The position numbers and the translations under genes were made by a program. From Steroidobacteraceae bacterium (GTDB taxonomy: Bacteria; Pseudomonadota; Gammaproteobacteria; Steroidobacterales; Steroidobacteraceae), in assembly GCA_040902065.1 (NCBI GenBank), contig JBBDXX010000009.1, forward strand, positions 89,224-153,223: a stretch of 64,000 bases of DNA, read 5' to 3'. Shown here piece after piece: positions 10,519 through 22,602 of this stretch (the first letter of the stretch is position 1; the number at the start of each line of letters is the position of its first letter). The notes below the pieces were generated by a model. It worked only from the letters and a program-made list of their open reading frames with translations, did no database searches and was not told the DNA's origin.

Positions 10519-11924
10519 CCGAACGCATGCGCCGCATCGGCCTCATCCACCTGATCGGCATCGGCGGCGCCGGCATGGGCGGCATCGCCGAGGTGCTCGT
10601 CAATCTCGGCTACCGGGTGCAGGGTTCCGACTTGCGCTCGAACGCGGTCACGGCGCGGCTCGCGAAAATGGGCGTGCACGTCTTTCTCGGACACGCGGCC
10701 GGACAGGTCAAGGGCGCGGACGTCGTGGTGGTCTCGACTGCGGTCGCGGCGGACAACCCGGAGCTCGCCGCCGCGCAGGCGGCGCTCATTCCGGTGGTGC
10801 GCCGCGCCGAGATGCTGGCTGAACTGATGCGATTCCGTCAGGGCATCGCGGTCGCCGGCACGCACGGCAAGACGACGACCACCAGCCTGGTCGCCTCGAT
10901 CCTCGCCGAAGGCGGGCTCGACCCGACCTTCGTGATCGGCGGGCGGCTGAAGAGCGCCGGCAGCAACGCGAAGCTCGGCACCGGCCGGTATCTCGTTGCC
11001 GAAGCAGACGAAAGCGATGCGTCGTTCCTGCACTTGCAGCCGGTGATCGCGATCGTCACGAATATCGATAACGACCACCTCGCCACGCATGGCGGCGACT
11101 TCGAGAAGCTGAAGCAGAGCTTCGTCGAGTTCCTGCACAACCTGCCTTTCTACGGGCTTGCCGTCCTGTGCAGCGACGACCCGGTCGTGCATGAGCTGCT
11201 GCCGCAGGTCGGCCGCCCCACGGTTCGCTACGGGCTCGGCGAGGATGCCGGCCTGCGCGCGACCGCACTCGAGCGCCGCGGCGGCCAGACCCGCTTTTCG
11301 GTCGCGCGGGAAGGCCGCGACCCGCTCGCGGTCACGTTGAACCTGCCGGGACTGCACAACGTGCGAAACGCGCTCGCCGCCATCGCGGTCGCCACCGAGC
11401 TTGAAGTCGAGGACACGGCCATTCAGCGCGCGCTGACGACATTCGAGGGCATCGGCCGCCGGCTGGAATCGCTTGGCGAAGTCGCGATCGCCACCGGACA
11501 TGTCACGGTCGTGGACGATTATGGCCATCATCCGACCGAGATTGCGGCGACGCTCGAGGCGGCGCGCCAGGCCTGGCCGGGCCGCCGGCTGGTGCTGGCA
11601 TTCCAGCCGCATCGCTATACGCGCACGCGCGACCTGATTGACGACTTCGGGCGCGTCTTGTCGGAAGCCGACGCGCTGTTCATCACCGAGGTGTACGCAG
11701 CCGGCGAAGAGCCGATCGCGAACGCGGACGGGCGCGCGATCTGTCGCGCCGTGCGCGGCCGGGGAGTCCTCGAGCCGGTGTTCGTCGAGGACGTGCACGA
11801 CCTCCCGGGCGCGCTCGGCAGCGTGCTCGCCGACGGCGACGTGGTGCTGACGATGGGCGCCGGCAGCATCGGCGCGGTCGCTCACGACCTGCCCGCCGCG
11901 CTCGGCCGCGGAGCGGGGCCATGA
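10515..11924 (+). CDS. murC: UDP-MurNAc:L-alanine ligase MurC
   Basis: GTG 10515 forms a GTGA overlap with the murG stop; the alternative start is ATG 10527. Motifs: [41 protein letters not shown]. Confidence 0.92.
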   Translation: MTERMRRIGLIHLIGIGGAGMGGIAEVLVNLGYRVQGSDLRSNAVTARLAKMGVHVFLGHAAGQVKGADVVVVSTAVAADNPELAAAQAALIPVVRRAEMLAELMRFRQGIAVAGTHGKTTTTSLVASILAEGGLDPTFVIGGRLKSAGSNAKLGTGRYLVAEADESDASFLHLQPVIAIVTNIDNDHLATHGGDFEKLKQSFVEFLHNLPFYGLAVLCSDDPVVHELLPQVGRPTVRYGLGEDAGLRATALERRGGQTRFSVAREGRDPLAVTLNLPGLHNVRNALAAIAVATELEVEDTAIQRALTTFEGIGRRLESLGEVAIATGHVTVVDDYGHHPTEIAATLEAARQAWPGRRLVLAFQPHRYTRTRDLIDDFGRVLSEADALFITEVYAAGEEPIANADGRAICRAVRGRGVLEPVFVEDVHDLPGALGSVLADGDVVLTMGAGSIGAVAHDLPAALGRGAGP

Positions 11925-12820
11925 GCGCCATCACTGTGCCTGCGGGTTTCGAGGATCGCGTACGCCGCGACGAGCCGATGGCCCGGCACACGTCCTGGCA
12001 CGTCGGCGGGCCGGCCGATCTGTGGTTCACGCCGAAGGACGTCGAAGACCTGTCGGCGTTCCTGCGCGCGCTGCCGTCCAGCGTGCCGGTGACCTGGGTC
12101 GGTCTCGGCAGTAACCTGCTCGTGCGCGATGGCGGTATCCGCGGCGCCGTCATTTCCGTCCACGGCATCCTGAATGCGCTCGAACGCGTCGGCGACGACC
12201 GCGTGCGCGCCGAGGCCGGCGTCGCCTGCGCGCGCCTCGGCCGCCAGTGCGCAAAGTGGCAACTCGGCCCGGCGGATTTCTTCGCCGGCATTCCCGGTAC
12301 CGTCGGCGGTGCGCTGGCGATGAACGCGGGCGCCTGGGGTGCTGAAACGTGGCCTTTCGTCAGCGAAACGGAGACGATCGACCGCCAGGGCGAGCGCCAT
12401 CGCCGCCCGGTGACGGAGTACCGCTACAGCTATCGCAGCGTCACGCCGCCGGTCGCCGGCGAGTGGTTCCTCGCCGGCACTTTCCGCTTCGAACCGCGGC
12501 CTGATGCCGGCACGGACTCGATCCGGAAACTGCTCGAACAGCGTCATGCCAGCCAGCCGATCGGTGCGTGGAGCTGCGGTTCGGTGTTCACGAATCCGGC
12601 GGGCGGTCACGCGGCGCAGCTGATTGAATCGGCCGGCCTCAAAGGCCACCGCATCGGCGGCGCCGCGGTGTCCGACAAGCACGCGAATTTCATCCTGAAC
12701 GAAGGCCAGGCGACGGCCGCCGATCTCGAGGCGCTGGTGCGCCACGTGCAGGCGACGGTCGAGCGCGTGCACGGCGTGCGCCTCGTGCCGGAAGTTCGCG
12801 TCATCGGAGAAGCCGCATGA
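11921..12820 (+). CDS. murB: UDP-N-acetylenolpyruvoylglucosamine reductase MurB
   Basis: 299 aa. FAD-binding domain motifs [14 protein letters not shown] and [11 protein letters not shown]-terminal SCGSVFTNP and KHANFILN. Confidence 0.93.
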   Translation: MSAITVPAGFEDRVRRDEPMARHTSWHVGGPADLWFTPKDVEDLSAFLRALPSSVPVTWVGLGSNLLVRDGGIRGAVISVHGILNALERVGDDRVRAEAGVACARLGRQCAKWQLGPADFFAGIPGTVGGALAMNAGAWGAETWPFVSETETIDRQGERHRRPVTEYRYSYRSVTPPVAGEWFLAGTFRFEPRPDAGTDSIRKLLEQRHASQPIGAWSCGSVFTNPAGGHAAQLIESAGLKGHRIGGAAVSDKHANFILNEGQATAADLEALVRHVQATVERVHGVRLVPEVRVIGEAA

Positions 12821-12859
12821 CCGCCCGTGCGATCAGCCAGCGCGCGCTGGCTGCGCGGC

Positions 12860-13020
12860 CGGGACCGCTGCTCGCTCGCGCCGCCGGAACTTACGCGCTC
12901 GCTCGCAGGGTCCCGTCCGCGCACGGCGCGCGCTTGACGGCGCGCGCGAGGTGGCGGGGTGTTTGCGAGCAAACTCGTAAGTTCCGGCGGAGTTTGCGAG
13001 CGAACAACCCCGCCGGATCC
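12860..13020. repeat. Intergenic palindromic repeat, family 2 (GCTCGCTCGC-containing), copy A
   Basis: Inverted pair CCGCCGGAACTTACG (12881-12895) / CGTAAGTTCCGGCGG (12976-12990). The 31-nt core GAACTTACGCGCTCGCTCGCAGGGTCCCGTC (12887-12917) recurs at 47185-47215 with 3 mismatches. Outer boundaries are approximate. Confidence 0.6.
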
Positions 13021-13055
13021 CGCGCGCGCCTTGTGCATGCGTTGGGAGGTGGAAA

Positions 13056-14024
13056 ATGAGCCGCCTGCGCGCGACTGGCAAAGGTTTTCGGCGGATCCGG
13101 GATGCGGCCGACTTCGGGCGGGTCGCCGTGCTGATGGGCGGCTCGTCCGCCGAACGCGAGATCTCGCTGCTGACCGGCAACGCGGTGCTCGAGGCGCTGG
13201 TCGCACGCGGCGTGCAGGCGACGGCTTTCGATCCCAGGGAGCTGCCGCTCACCGAACTGGTGGCGAGCGGCTGTGACCGCGTGTTCATCGCGCTGCACGG
13301 ACCCGGCGGCGAGGACGGCGCGGTGCAGGGCGCGCTCGAGTGGCTCGGCGTGCCGTACACCGGCAGCGGCGTGCTCGGTTCCGCTGTCGGCATGGACAAG
13401 CTGCGCACCAAGCAGCTGGCACAGGCGGCCGGCGTCGCGACGCCGGCGTGGATCCTGCTCAGCGGCGCCCCGGACTTCGAGCGCGCCGTGCGTGAACTCG
13501 GACTGCCGATCGCCGTGAAGCCGGCAAGCCAGGGCTCGAGTGTCGGCATGAGCCGCGTCGAGAACGCCTCCGAGCTGCCGACGGCCTGGCGTGCCGCATC
13601 GTCGCTCGACCCGGTCGTGATCGCCGAGCAGTGGATAACCGGCGCCGAGTACACCGTCGCCATCCTGCAGGGCGAAGCGCTGCCGGCCATCCGCATCGAA
13701 ACGCCGCGCACTTTCTACGACTATCAGGCGAAGTATTTCGCCGAGGATACCCGGTACCTGATCCCCTGCGGACTCGCCGCCGGGGCGGAATCCGGGCTTC
13801 AACAGGCGGCGCTCACGACCTTCGCCGCGACCGGCGCCGCTGGCTGGGGCCGCGTCGATTTCGTCGCCGGCGCGGACCGCGTGCCACTCCTGCTCGAAAT
13901 CAACACGGTGCCCGGCATGACGGGCCACAGCCTGGTGCCGATGGCCGCTGCCGCCCGGGGCATCGACTTCCAGGAACTCGCGTGGCGGATCCTCGAGACC
14001 AGTTTTGCGCGGGAGAGGAACTGA
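13056..14024 (+). CDS. ddl: D-alanine--D-alanine ligase
   Basis: 322 aa with VAVLMGGSSAEREISLLTG, FIALHGPGGEDGAVQGALEWLGVPYTGSG, GWGRVDF and LLEINTVPGMT. SD GGGAGG lies about 7 nt upstream of ATG 13056. The N-terminus is ~20 aa longer than E. coli DdlB. Confidence 0.9.
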   Translation: MSRLRATGKGFRRIRDAADFGRVAVLMGGSSAEREISLLTGNAVLEALVARGVQATAFDPRELPLTELVASGCDRVFIALHGPGGEDGAVQGALEWLGVPYTGSGVLGSAVGMDKLRTKQLAQAAGVATPAWILLSGAPDFERAVRELGLPIAVKPASQGSSVGMSRVENASELPTAWRAASSLDPVVIAEQWITGAEYTVAILQGEALPAIRIETPRTFYDYQAKYFAEDTRYLIPCGLAAGAESGLQQAALTTFAATGAAGWGRVDFVAGADRVPLLLEINTVPGMTGHSLVPMAAAARGIDFQELAWRILETSFARERN

Positions 14025-14026
14025 GC

Positions 14027-14842
14027 ATGGCCCTCCTGCGCAGGCACAACCGCCGCAAGCCTTCGGGGCCGCGCTTCGAGCTGCCGCAGCTCGAGTGGCC
14101 GCGCGCGGGACGCGCCGCCGGCGCCGTGCTCGCGGTCGCCGCGGTCGTGGTCCTGCTGAAGTTCGGGCTCGACCAGCCGGTGCGCAGCATCGTCATCGAC
14201 GGATCTTTCCAGAGAGTCTCGCCGGTAGAAGTCGAGCAGGCGGCACGCGGCGCGCTGACCGGCGGCTTCGTGAGCGCCGATCTCGAGTCGCTGCGCAGCG
14301 CCGTCCAGGGGCTCGCCTGGGTCGATCGCGCGCGCGTACAGCGGCTCTGGCCGGACCGCATCCGCATCGAGGTGGTCGAGCAACAGGCCGCGGCACGCTG
14401 GGGCGAGGACGGACTGCTGAATACGCGCGGCGACCTGTTCGCGACGGGCGTGCGGCACGTGCCGCCGGAACTGCCTCGGCTGGATGGACCCGACGGCACC
14501 GAGTGGCAGGTCGCGCAGCGCTTTCTCGCGATCCAGCGGCGTCTCGACGAGGAGGGCCTGCGGATCTCGGCGCTCAGGCTCGACCCGCGCGGCGCCTGGG
14601 AGTTCGGCCTCTCGAACGGCGTGAACGTGCGGCTCGGCCGCCGCCAGGTGGACGAGCGCATCGAGCGTTTCATGCTGGTCGGCGCGAAAGTCATCGCCGG
14701 CCGCGCTGCCGACATCGATTACGTGGACATGCGCTACTCCAACGGCTTTTCCGTCGGCTGGCGCAAGAACCGCAAGCCGCCGCGTACCACGCCGGCGGCA
14801 CTCGCCAACCGCGTCACCGGAGATTCAATGTTCGATGGCTAA
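14027..14842 (+). CDS. ftsQ: Cell division protein FtsQ
   Basis: ATG 14027 lies 2 nt after the ddl stop. TM segment AAGAVLAVAAVVVLL, then a POTRA-like VRSIVIDGSFQRVSPVEVEQAA. Position is ddl-ftsQ-ftsA. Confidence 0.88.
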   Translation: MALLRRHNRRKPSGPRFELPQLEWPRAGRAAGAVLAVAAVVVLLKFGLDQPVRSIVIDGSFQRVSPVEVEQAARGALTGGFVSADLESLRSAVQGLAWVDRARVQRLWPDRIRIEVVEQQAAARWGEDGLLNTRGDLFATGVRHVPPELPRLDGPDGTEWQVAQRFLAIQRRLDEEGLRISALRLDPRGAWEFGLSNGVNVRLGRRQVDERIERFMLVGAKVIAGRAADIDYVDMRYSNGFSVGWRKNRKPPRTTPAALANRVTGDSMFDG

Positions 14843-16067
14843 GCGTTCCGACCGCAATCTGATCGTGGGTCTCGACATCGGCACCTCCAAGGTCGTCGCC
14901 ATTGTCGGCGAGATCCATGGAGATGGCAGCCTCGAGGTCATCGGGCTCGGCTCGCACCCGTCGCGCGGCCTGAAGAAGGGCGTGGTGGTCAATATCGACT
15001 CGACCGTGCAGTCGATCCAGCGCGCGGTCGAGGAAGCCGAGCTGATGGCCGGGGTCGAGATCCGTTCGGTCTTCACCGGCATCGCCGGCAGCCACGTGAA
15101 GAGCCTCAATTCCCACGGCATCGTCGCGATCAAGGACAAGGAAGTCGTCGGCGGCGACGTCTCGCGCGTGATGGACGCGGCGCAGGCCGTGCCGATTCCG
15201 GCCGACCAGAAGATCCTGCACGTGCTGCCGCAGGAATTCATCATCGATGGCCAGGAAGGCATCCGCGAGCCGATCGGCATGTCGGGCGTGCGCCTCGAGG
15301 CGCGCGTGCACATCGTGACTGGCGCCGAGAGCGCGGCGCAGAACATCGTCAAGTGCGTGCAGCGCTGCGGGCTCGAAGTCGAGGACATCGTGCTCGAGCA
15401 GCTCGCCTCTTCGTTCGCGGTGCTGACCGACGACGAGAAAGACCTCGGCGTCTGCCTGGTGGATATCGGCGGCGGCACCACCGACATCGCCGTGTTCTCC
15501 CATGGCGCGATCCGCCATACGGCGGTGATCCCGGTCGCCGGCGACCAGGTCACGAACGACATCGCGGTGTCGATGCGAACGCCGACGCCGTACGCGGAGG
15601 AGATCAAGATCCGCTACGCCTGCGCGCTGTCGCAGCTCGCGAATCCGGACGAGACCATCGAGGTACCCTCGGTCGGCGAACGGCCGCCGCGCCGGCTCGC
15701 GCGCCAGACCCTCGCCGAGATCGTCGAGCCGCGCTACGAGGAGCTGTTCACGCTGATTCGCGACGAGCTGCGCCGCTCCGGATTCGAGGAGGCGATCGCG
15801 GCCGGCGTGGTGCTGACCGGCGGCAGTTCGAAGATGGAAGGCGCGGTCGAGCTGGCGGAAGAGATCTTCCATGTGCCGGTGCGGCTCGGCAGCCCCGCCG
15901 GCGTGACCGGCCTCAGCGATGTCGTGCGCAACCCGATCCATGCGACCGGCGTGGGTCTCCTGCTTTACGGCCGGGCGAATCTCGGCCAGACGGCGCCGAA
16001 GCTTGTCGGCGACGGGATGAAGACGGTGGTTGAAAGGATGAAGTCGTGGTTCCAGGGATATTTCTAG
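14835..16067 (+). CDS. ftsA: Cell division protein FtsA
   Basis: 410-aa actin-fold ATPase with LIVGLDIGTSKVVAIVGE, VCLVDIGGGTTDIAVF and GVVLTGGSSKMEG. Confidence 0.96.
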   Translation: MAKRSDRNLIVGLDIGTSKVVAIVGEIHGDGSLEVIGLGSHPSRGLKKGVVVNIDSTVQSIQRAVEEAELMAGVEIRSVFTGIAGSHVKSLNSHGIVAIKDKEVVGGDVSRVMDAAQAVPIPADQKILHVLPQEFIIDGQEGIREPIGMSGVRLEARVHIVTGAESAAQNIVKCVQRCGLEVEDIVLEQLASSFAVLTDDEKDLGVCLVDIGGGTTDIAVFSHGAIRHTAVIPVAGDQVTNDIAVSMRTPTPYAEEIKIRYACALSQLANPDETIEVPSVGERPPRRLARQTLAEIVEPRYEELFTLIRDELRRSGFEEAIAAGVVLTGGSSKMEGAVELAEEIFHVPVRLGSPAGVTGLSDVVRNPIHATGVGLLLYGRANLGQTAPKLVGDGMKTVVERMKSWFQGYF

Positions 16068-16080
16068 CGGAGGAGCGGAT

Positions 16081-17271
16081 ATGTTTGAACTGATGGATTC
16101 ATACAGCCAGACGGCTGTGATCAAGGTGATCGGCGTGGGCGGCGGTGGCGGAAACGCCGTGGCCCACATGGCGAAGAGCGGCATCGAAGGCGTCGAGTTC
16201 ATCTGCGTGAACACCGACGCACAGGCGCTCAAGCATTCGGCGGTCAAGGCCTCGCTGCAGATCGGCTGCAACATCACCAAGGGCCTGGGCGCCGGCGCCA
16301 ACCCGGAGGTCGGCAGGCAGGCGGCGATGGAGGACCGTGATCGCGTCATCGAGCTGATCGAAGGCTGCGACATGCTGTTCATCACCGCCGGCATGGGCGG
16401 CGGCACCGGCACGGGCGCGGCGCCCGTGGTCGCGCAGGTCGCGCGCGAGCTTGGCATCCTGACGGTCGCGGTGGTGACGCGCCCGTTCACGATGGAGGGC
16501 AACAAGCGCGCAGCGATCGCCGAAGCCGGCATTTCCGAGCTGTCGCGGCACGTGGACTCGCTGATCACGATCCCGAACCAGAAGCTGCTGGCGGTGCTCG
16601 GCGGGCAGACCACCTTGCTCGACGCCTTCAAGAAGGCGAACGAGGTGCTGCAGGGCGCGGTGCAGGGCATTGCCGAGCTGATCACACGGCCGGGCCTCAT
16701 CAACGTGGATTTTGCCGACGTGCGCACCGTGATGTCGGAAACGGGACTCGCGATGATGGGTTCCGGCATCGGCACCGGCGAGCATCGCGCGCGCGTCGCT
16801 GCCGAGATGGCGGTGTCGTCGCCGCTGCTCGAGGACATCAACCTGGCGGGCGCTCACGGCATCCTGGTGAATGTCACGGCCGGACTCGACCTGTCGATCG
16901 GCGAATTCGAGGAAGTCGGCAATACGGTCAAGCAGTTCGCGGCCGAGGACGCGACCGTCGTGGTCGGCACGGTCATCGAGCCGGAAATGCAGGGCGAGTT
17001 GCGGGTCACGGTGGTCGCGACCGGCCTCGGCCGCAGCCACGCGAAGGCGGCGGCACCGGCCGTTGCAACGCCTGCGATCACGGCGCGCCGGGGCGCGGAC
17101 GTGAAGCTCGTTCCCGGCAAGCAGCGGGCCGCGGCGCCGGATTACAGCCATCTCGACAGGCCCGCGGTGCGCCGCAACGCGCAGCGTGCGGTCGGCGACG
17201 GATTACGCGCCGACTTCGGCTCGGAGGACGTGCTGGACATCCCGGCGTTCCTGCGGCGCCAGGCCGACTGA
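16081..17271 (+). CDS. ftsZ: Cell division GTPase FtsZ
   Basis: 396 aa with VIGVGGGGGNAV, tubulin signature GGGTGTGAAPVVA and the conserved C-terminal peptide DIPAFLRRQAD. A GGAGGAG SD lies upstream. Confidence 0.98.
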   Translation: MFELMDSYSQTAVIKVIGVGGGGGNAVAHMAKSGIEGVEFICVNTDAQALKHSAVKASLQIGCNITKGLGAGANPEVGRQAAMEDRDRVIELIEGCDMLFITAGMGGGTGTGAAPVVAQVARELGILTVAVVTRPFTMEGNKRAAIAEAGISELSRHVDSLITIPNQKLLAVLGGQTTLLDAFKKANEVLQGAVQGIAELITRPGLINVDFADVRTVMSETGLAMMGSGIGTGEHRARVAAEMAVSSPLLEDINLAGAHGILVNVTAGLDLSIGEFEEVGNTVKQFAAEDATVVVGTVIEPEMQGELRVTVVATGLGRSHAKAAAPAVATPAITARRGADVKLVPGKQRAAAPDYSHLDRPAVRRNAQRAVGDGLRADFGSEDVLDIPAFLRRQAD

Positions 17272-17508
17272 GGCGCTCGATGGTCCGGTACCACGCGGAC
17301 CGCGATGGACTGCGCGTTGCCCGGCTGCGCCTCAGGGCGCGTCGAAACGCGGCAGGCCGCCGTGCCGAACGCATGCGAAGACGCGATGCGGGCGGAGCGG
17401 TGCCTTGAATCCGGGACGTCGGCCGCTGGCCTTCCTCCGCTGGCCAGCGGCCGGTCGACCCGGCGAAGTGTTAATCTGTTCCGCTAATTATCCGGGGTCC
17501 GCAACCTG

Positions 17509-18420
17509 ATGGCCCAGCAACGGACACTCAAATCATCGATCAGGGCGACCGGCATCGGCCTGCACACGGGCCGCAAGGTGCTGATGGTTCTCCGGCCCGC
17601 GCCGGTGAACACCGGCATCGTTTTTCGCCGCGTCGACCTCGAGCCGCCGGTCGATGTGCCGGCGCGCGCGACCAATGTCACCGAGACCACGCTCGGCACG
17701 ACGCTGGCGCTCGGCGCGACCGGTGTGTCGACGGTCGAACATCTGCTGTCAGCATTGGCAGGCCTCGGCATCGACAACTGCTTCGTCGAGCTGACTGCCG
17801 GCGAAGTGCCGATCATGGACGGCAGCGCGGCGCCTTTCGTGTTCCTGCTGCAATCCGCGGGCCTCGAGGATCAGACCGCCGCCAAGCGCTTTGTGCGCGT
17901 ATGCAAGCGGGTCGAGGTGCATGACGGCGACAAATGGGCCCGGTTCGATCCGCACGAGGGCTTCCGGGTCAACTTCGAGATCGAGTTCGATCACCCGGTG
18001 TTTCATCGCCACTCGCAGCGCGCGACGATGGATTTTTCGACCACGACTTTCCTGCGCGAAGTCAGCCGCGCGCGCACCTTTGGTTTCATGCGCGACCTCG
18101 AGACGCTGCGCGGCCGCAACCTGGCCCTCGGCGGCACCCTCGACAATGCGATCGTGCTCGACGATTACCGCATCCTGAACGAGGACGGTTTGCGCTACGA
18201 AGACGAATTCGTGCGCCACAAGATCCTGGATGCGATCGGCGACCTGTACCTGCTCGGCCATTCGCTGATCGGCGAGTTCACCGGCTTCAAATCCGGCCAT
18301 GGCCTGAACAACCGGCTGTTGCGGGCCATGCTGGCCGATGCCACCGCCTGGGAAGAAGTGACCTTCCGCGACGAGGGCGCTGCCCCGATTTCCTATACCG
18401 CGGCCGGGGCGACCGCCTGA
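17509..18420 (+). CDS. lpxC: UDP-3-O-acyl-GlcNAc deacetylase LpxC
   Basis: 303 aa with [35 protein letters not shown] and SGHGLNN, in the typical position after ftsZ. Confidence 0.97.
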   Translation: MAQQRTLKSSIRATGIGLHTGRKVLMVLRPAPVNTGIVFRRVDLEPPVDVPARATNVTETTLGTTLALGATGVSTVEHLLSALAGLGIDNCFVELTAGEVPIMDGSAAPFVFLLQSAGLEDQTAAKRFVRVCKRVEVHDGDKWARFDPHEGFRVNFEIEFDHPVFHRHSQRATMDFSTTTFLREVSRARTFGFMRDLETLRGRNLALGGTLDNAIVLDDYRILNEDGLRYEDEFVRHKILDAIGDLYLLGHSLIGEFTGFKSGHGLNNRLLRAMLADATAWEEVTFRDEGAAPISYTAAGATA

Positions 18421-18699
18421 TCAGCCGCGCCCGGCGCGCACCTTGACCTTGACCCTGTCGATGCTTGCCCCGAGGCCGGCCGCCACCTTGTCGGCGAATT
18501 CCGGCGCCAGATAGCGCACCCGCGTACCCCAGGCGGCCGAACGCACGAGCACCGTCAGGGTCCCATCCTTGAGAACTGCGCCCCAGACCCGGGTTGCCAT
18601 GTCCGGCGGCAGTGCCTGTCTTAATACGGCCAGCGTGCGATCCGCCTCGACCGCGCCCTCGCGCAGCCGCCGCAGTATCCCGGTCCCTTCGGCCAGCAA
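18421..18699 (-). CDS. DUF721-family protein (the family that contains DciA-type helicase operators)
   Basis: 92-aa ORF convergent with lpxC. C-terminal pattern VLKDGTLTVLVRSAAWGTRVRYLAPEFADKV...IDRVKVKV is typical of DUF721. The same lpxC-DUF721-M23-secA slot occurs in Pseudomonas-like genomes. The only available start is TTG; an in-frame stop lies 26 codons upstream with no ATG or GTG between. Confidence 0.6.
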   Translation of the reverse strand: MLAEGTGILRRLREGAVEADRTLAVLRQALPPDMATRVWGAVLKDGTLTVLVRSAAWGTRVRYLAPEFADKVAAGLGASIDRVKVKVRAGRG

Positions 18700-18842
18700 G
18701 TGACTGACGTGCGTCGGTTTTTTCGATTTGAAGGGCAGATTATGCTCCGGTGCGGTTTTGAAAGTACTTGAGTTTTAAGGGTTTTTTTGGCAAATTGCGT
18801 CGGATTAGCGCGGCCCCGAGGGGTCCGGGGTCAGCGATCATT

Positions 18843-19709
18843 ATGAGCTTGAAGCGCGTTCTCATATACGCCGCCGGTGGTATCGCCGTCAGTTCGCTGA
18901 TGGCTGCCGCCTACCTGGCAGGCGGGCACTGGGGCGCGGTCAACCCGCTCGGGGAATTCACGCTGGCCCGCTGGGGCGCGGACCTGAGGTCCCAGGATGT
19001 CGAGCTCGCGCGCATCCAGCGCGATGTCAACGACCAGGTTGCGGTCCTCGCAAAACGGGTCGGCCAGATGCAGGCGCAGCTGCTGCGACTCGATGCGCTC
19101 GGCAAGCACCTGACCGATGTCGCGAAGCTGAATCGGGGCGAATTCGATTTCGACAACCCGCCGGCGGTCGGTGGACCGGAGACCGGCCAGGGCGAAGGTC
19201 CGGTCGTCCCCGCGCTCGATTCGATGATCGGCTCGCTGGACGCGCAGATCGACGATCGCCGCCGTCAGCTGACGGCGCTGCAGAACCTGATCCTGACGCG
19301 CGAACTGGCGCAGCAGATCGTGCCGGGCGGCCGGCCGGTCGAATCCGGCTACATCTCGTCGCTCTACGGCCAGCGCACCGATCCGTTCGACGGCAACCAG
19401 GCGACGCATAGCGGGCTCGACTTCGCCGGCGCGCCGGGCACGCGCGTGCTCGCGGTCGCGGACGGCATCGTGAGTCACGCGGGCCCGGACGGCGGCTACG
19501 GGCGTCTGATCGAGATCACGCACGGCAATGGCTATGTGACGCGCTATGCGCACAACGCCAAGCTGCTGGTCGAGCCCGGCCGGACCGTGAAGCGCGGTGA
19601 CGCGATCGCGCTGATGGGATCGACGGGCCGCTCGACCGGCACGCACCTGCATTTCGAGGTGCTGCGTGGCGGCCGCTCGGTCAATCCGTTGTGGTTCGTG
19701 CGCCGCTGA
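18843..19709 (+). CDS. M23/LytM-family metallopeptidase (EnvC/NlpD-like)
   Basis: ATG 18843 is preferred over TTG 18768. Signal-anchor VLIYAAGGIAVSSLMAAAYLA, a coiled-coil middle region, and a LytM domain HSGLDFAGAPGTRVLAVADG ... GSTGRSTGTHLHFEV. Confidence 0.85.
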   Translation: MSLKRVLIYAAGGIAVSSLMAAAYLAGGHWGAVNPLGEFTLARWGADLRSQDVELARIQRDVNDQVAVLAKRVGQMQAQLLRLDALGKHLTDVAKLNRGEFDFDNPPAVGGPETGQGEGPVVPALDSMIGSLDAQIDDRRRQLTALQNLILTRELAQQIVPGGRPVESGYISSLYGQRTDPFDGNQATHSGLDFAGAPGTRVLAVADGIVSHAGPDGGYGRLIEITHGNGYVTRYAHNAKLLVEPGRTVKRGDAIALMGSTGRSTGTHLHFEVLRGGRSVNPLWFVRR

Positions 19710-19795
19710 ACCCGCCCCCGAACGAAAAAGGCAGGGTCAGGTCGTAGTAAACTCCCGGTTTTTGGCCGGTCCCTCCGGTTTGAGGTCCTCTTCGC

Positions 19796-22570
<2,775 letters not shown>

Positions 22571-22602
22571 CCATAATCTGACCGGTGAGGGGCGAACCAG
22601 GG

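Noticed and set aside
12817-13059. An 80-aa ORF between murB and ddl that shares ...LARRVPS... with the 83-aa ORF at 47052..47303. This could suggest a small duplicated gene.
   Set aside because: The shared peptide derives from the 31-nt family 2 repeat core. Both ORFs are Arg/Ala-rich, have no SD and sit in palindromic DNA.
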